Assembly: GCA_963575745.1 (NCBI GenBank)
Contig: CAUYUJ010000148.1
Coordinates: forward strand, 62,001-126,000
Length of the DNA: 64,000 nucleotides
Reading direction: 5' to 3'
DNA from: Prorocentrum cordatum
Taxonomy: Eukaryota
Numbering within the stretch: the first letter of the stretch is position 1; each line of letters starts with the position of its first letter. Positions 60,280 through 64,000 of this stretch are shown here, one piece after another. A program made the position numbers and the translations under genes. The notes under the pieces are model-generated. The model was not told the DNA's origin. It saw only the letters and a program-made list of their open reading frames with translations, and did not search any database.

Positions 60280-61880
60280 ATAAGCCATGGGGGAGGGGAG
60301 GGGAAGGAGGAAAGCAGACGCACACATACACACGCACGAGCACTAGAAGAAACGAATCCGAAGCGAGAAAGGGGTAGAGGTGGATCCTTTCAGAGGCGGG
60401 GATCTCGGCAGAATGGCAGGCCAAATAATCGGTCGCCATTGAAGGGGGCACTTCCCGTATTGAAGACGAAAGCTGGTAGGTGCGCGTGGGGAAGGCGACG
60501 ACGGACGGAACGGCACATTGAAGCGTTATAGATACATCATGGGTCCACTCTGCTCCTCATCCACCTCCCGCCCCCAAACGGCGCCGACACCGCCATCAAC
60601 GCCAAAAAAAACCACGATCGGCCCGAAATGGTTGCGTGATCACATGCTCCTGACCGAACAAACATGACTGCCCATGATGGGCATACATGGGCAGCCCTCT
60701 GTCGCTACTCTGTTAATCGTGAGCCACATCTACATCTCAGAGAGGGGAGGCTGGGAAAGGGCATCCCGCTCTTGCCCAGATGTATGGCTGCCGTGATCGC
60801 CGCGCCGACCTCCAAAACCAACCCAGGAACACCCAGAATCGAATCGATAAGTCGGACAGGCGATCGCGATGAATCGGGTCAACAGAAATCAGCAACCAAA
60901 TAGGAAAGTCGAAATGGACAGGCTGGTCCAGTGGGACATCGGAGCCCACATCGGAAACCTAAGTCGAATCGCGTAGGAACCGTATTCGATCGAAATCGAA
61001 TCAACTCGGGTCGGAAGAGTCGAAACGAGCCCTGGAAATTTGGTTCGGGGTCGGATTTGGTTCGGGTGGCCTAGGAGAACAAGAAAGGAATATAATTGTG
61101 ACAAGCCATGGAATAGAAAGAGGAAAACACACATACAGACACACGCACGAGCAGTAGGAGAAACGAGTCCGAAGCTAGAAGTCAAGGGGTAGAGGTGGAT
61201 CCTCTCAGAAACGGGAATCTCGGCAAAATGGCACGCCAAATAATCCCTCGCCATTGAAGCGCGCGCTTCCCGTATTGAAAACGAAAGCTGGCAGGTGCGC
61301 GTGAGGAAGGCGACGACCGACGGACGGGACGGCACATTGAAGCGTTATGGATACATCCTGGGTCCACTCTGCTCCTCGACGTCGACACCGCCGTCAACGC
61401 CGACGAAGGAACACGACGATTACCCCGAAACTTGTGCGTGATAGCGGGTCTTTAACTAAAGAACATGAGTGTCCACGATGGATTTCCATGGGTAGCCTTT
61501 TGTCGCTACAGTGTTAATCGTGAGCCACGTTTGTATCGCAGAAAAGGGGGGCTGAGAAAGGGGCATCCCACTCTTGCCACGATTTGTGGCTGCCACGATC
61601 GCCGCGCCGACCTCCAAAACCAACCAAACAGCGCCCATCATCGAATCGATAAATCGAATTTGCGATCGAAACGAACCGGATCTACAAACATCTGCAACCA
61701 ACACGGGAGAAGTCGAATCTGTGGAAATTGAAGGGCTAATCGGGTGGGACCGCGGGGCCCACAGCGGAAACCAAAATCTGATCGAATCATGACGGGATTC
61801 GATCGACAGCGAACCAAATCGGGACGGAGGAATCGAAACAAGCCTTGGAGAATTTGGTTCGGGGCCGGATACCACGCAAC
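60280..61880. repeat. Diverged tandem duplication, 2 x ~800 bp
   Basis: 60280-60560 aligns with 61100-61380 and 60664-61050 with 61465-61865 (e.g. gatcgccgcgccgacctccaaaaccaacc in both). Confidence 0.9.
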
Positions 61881-62196
61881 GAAGAAAAAAGGGAATTGCT
61901 ACAGGCAGAAGAGGAGGACGAGGAGGAAAAGGAAGAGGAAAGAGAAAAAGGAACCCTGGACACCTGGGACGCGGCCAGAGGAGGGCAGACCTCCAAAAAC
62001 GGTCACCACAAATCGAGGATTCGGCGGCCAAAATCCACACACTATGGTGGGCCTGTCTTCCACCACCAACACCATAACTTGGAGGGGCGAAGGATGTGGT
62101 TGACAACGAGGAGGAAGAGGAGGACGAATAGAACGAGGAGGAAAAAGGAGGAGGGGGAGGGTGGGGAGGAGGAGGAGGACGAGGACGAGGAGAAAA

Positions 62197-62233
<37 letters not shown>

Positions 62234-62684
62234 CGGAGGGGAGGAGGAGGAGGAGGAGGAGGAGGACCCTCTCCCCCCCTACTCGTATAGTGGTGGTAAT
62301 GGGGAAAAGCCAATCACCCCACCGTCGCCGATCAACGATCCAGGCAACTCGATGCGAGGCAAGGGTCGGTTTCGAAATGCGTCACACGCGCGGCGAAATC
62401 CGAACCCCACCCACGTCCCCCATCGGTTCTGGCAAATCGATGGTTGGTGCAGGCAGGGCACGGATGTCGCCGCCGAAATCGTCTTTTACCTCAGGACCAA
62501 TGTCATTCATTGGCTCCCCGGTTCGGCGGTCCAAAACCAGACCCACGACCCGTCCCAAGGGCGCGCCCCGACCACAACTTTCGAGAGTAATCCGGCCGTG
62601 GCGACGAGTGAGGACTCCAGCGAAGCAGCAGACACGATGATAAAAAGCAACGAACATCGAAGTTCAAGCTCGAAGTTCGAGTGG

Positions 62685-63172
62685 TTTTTTTGTGTCGTCA
62701 AGCGCCGCGGCGGATCCATCGCAAACGCACGCTCGACGCGCACCCTGAACTCGTAGAGCAGCGCGAGCACCCAATAGAGCATCACGAGATGCCGGTTCAG
62801 CCGGCCACCTCAGCCTGCAGTTCGGCGGCCCAGGCAAAGCGGTCCCCGCCGAGGGCGGTTCGCAGCTGCCGCGCCTTGGCGCGGTGCAGCGCGACGTTGA
62901 GCTCAGCGGCCCAGCGCTGCGCCAGGGCGCTGGCCACCGCCGCGGCGCGCTCCTCGTCCACCAGTTCCGCTTGGTCCCGCGCGAGCTGGCGGCGGTAGCG
63001 CAGCGCCGCCCTGCGGGGCCCTGCCGCGCCGCCCGCCTGTTTCAACAGCAAGCGGCGCCAACGGTCAGGGGCAGCGGGCCTCGGGGTACCGCCGCCTCTC
63101 GTCGGCCTCGGCCGCGGCGTTGACCGCGCCCTCGCGCTGGGCCGCGGCGCCCAGCCCGTCGGCGTCTCCGGC
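62685..63172 (-). mobile_element. 5'-truncated CRE-like (restriction-like endonuclease) non-LTR retrotransposon 3' end
   Basis: AAAQREGAVNAAAEADERRRYPEARCP*PLAPLAVETGGR/AALRYRRQLAR...QRWAAELNVALHRAKARQL...stop at 62797, a short 3' UTR and an A7 tail (T run 62685-62691). One stop and a 10-nt insertion. Confidence 0.75.
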
Positions 63173-63617
63173 TTACTCAGCCACAGTGGTATTTTGGAAT
63201 GCTTGGGGCGGGCGGGACATAAACAGCGGGGTGTTTATTTGGGAACGTGAAAGCGACTTCTCCAGAGGCAGAGGGCTTAATCGAAACATCAATTTAAGCA
63301 ACTCCTCCTCATCATCGTCGTCCTCCTCCTCCTTCTCCTGTTGCTCCTCCTCCTTCTCGTCCTCCTCCTCCTCCTCCTCCTCCTCCTCCTCCTCCTCCTC
63401 CTCTTCCTCCTCCTCCTCCTCCTCCTCCCCCTTTCAGCTGCAATGTTTGCGCTGTAGGTTCTGCCCCACTCACGGTAACAGCGCAAGTTTCTTGGAGGCC
63501 GAGGGAGCAGCAGCAGACAGATTCCCAGGAAGAGTTTCGACGAACGCACGTAGCGCTCAGGGCCACTTAGGGGCTTGAGGCTTGGGCCCCAAGGGGGCCT
63601 CCCCCTCCTCATCCTCC

Positions 63618-63638
63618 TCCGTAGCAGATCTACTCAAG
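63618..63638 (+). other. Degenerate dinoflagellate spliced-leader relic
   Basis: TCCGTAGCagatctaCTCAAG versus DinoSL DCCGTAGCCATTTTGGCTCAAG: first 8 and last 6 nt match; 57 nt upstream of gccATG. Confidence 0.55.
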
Positions 63639-63695
63639 TTGTCAAGCAGTTCCTCTGTTCGGCTTTGAGTGCGCGAGATCGTACGCCTTTCCGCC

Positions 63696-64000
63696 ATGCC
63701 AGTGGTGGACTCCCGCAGCGCGACGCCATCGGCTGAGCAACCGCCGCCCGTCGCCGTCTACCTCAAAAACTTCAACGTATGGTACACCATGGACTTGGAA
63801 GTGCAGGAGAACTCGACGCTCGATAACCCGCTTCGTTTCCCTGTGATCCAGGCCAAGGAGCAGCTGTGCTTGCGCTTCAGCTGCTTTACTACCCCCGAGA
63901 AGGTGAATTTCGCCCGGTGCTCCGGACAGCGCGGCGCTGACCCGATTGGTGGCGCGCCGCTCGACAAGGATGGCTACGTGCTCTACACTTCTTGGTTCAT
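63696..64000 (+). CDS. Hypothetical protein running off the window; candidate retrogene
   Basis: ccgccATG, then 101 open codons with strong GC3 bias: MPVVDSRSATPSAEQPPPVAVYLKNFNVWYTMDLEVQENSTLDNPLRFPVIQAKEQLCLRFSCFTTPEKVNFARCSGQRGADPIGGAPLDKDGYVLYTSWF. Absent from the ORF track because there is no stop in the window. Confidence 0.65.
   Translation, partial: MPVVDSRSATPSAEQPPPVAVYLKNFNVWYTMDLEVQENSTLDNPLRFPVIQAKEQLCLRFSCFTTPEKVNFARCSGQRGADPIGGAPLDKDGYVLYTSWF

Noticed and set aside
1..64000. tRNA, rRNA, prokaryotic operons or phage genes
   Set aside because: No conserved RNA signatures, Shine-Dalgarno-led gene runs or dense coding seen by eye; a covariance-model scan was not possible.

Overview
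GC-rich, repeat-saturated eukaryotic genomic DNA, most likely from a dinoflagellate (Prorocentrum-like). This is an inference from tiny exons with GC donors, dense (GGA)n tracts, a spliced-leader-like relic and dinoflagellate-type retroelements. I see no prokaryotic operons, rRNA, tRNA or CRISPR arrays, and most long ORFs in the track are microsatellite artefacts. Host coding sequence is scattered as short minus-strand exons: a PPR gene (about 0.4-14.3 kb, possibly continuing with OPR/RAP-like exons to about 28 kb) and at least one further gene (about 31-58.5 kb). The introns hold a decayed, near full-length LINE (RanBP2-type zinc finger ORF1, APE, RT with FADD, RNase H; about 3.5-10 kb) with a nested insertion, a decayed C5 DNA-methyltransferase domain followed by split direct repeats (55.5-56.7 kb, probably the 3' end of a DNMT-carrying tyrosine-recombinase retroelement), and a 5'-truncated CRE-type retroelement end (62.7-63.2 kb). 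There are also two groups of short foldback elements (8-bp and 5-bp target duplications), a ~0.92 kb 11-bp satellite and many mini/microsatellites. At the right edge a degenerate spliced-leader relic precedes an intronless plus-strand ORF (candidate retrogene). A 100-N gap lies at 31244-31343. All protein calls are by-eye motif recognition and exon boundaries are approximate.
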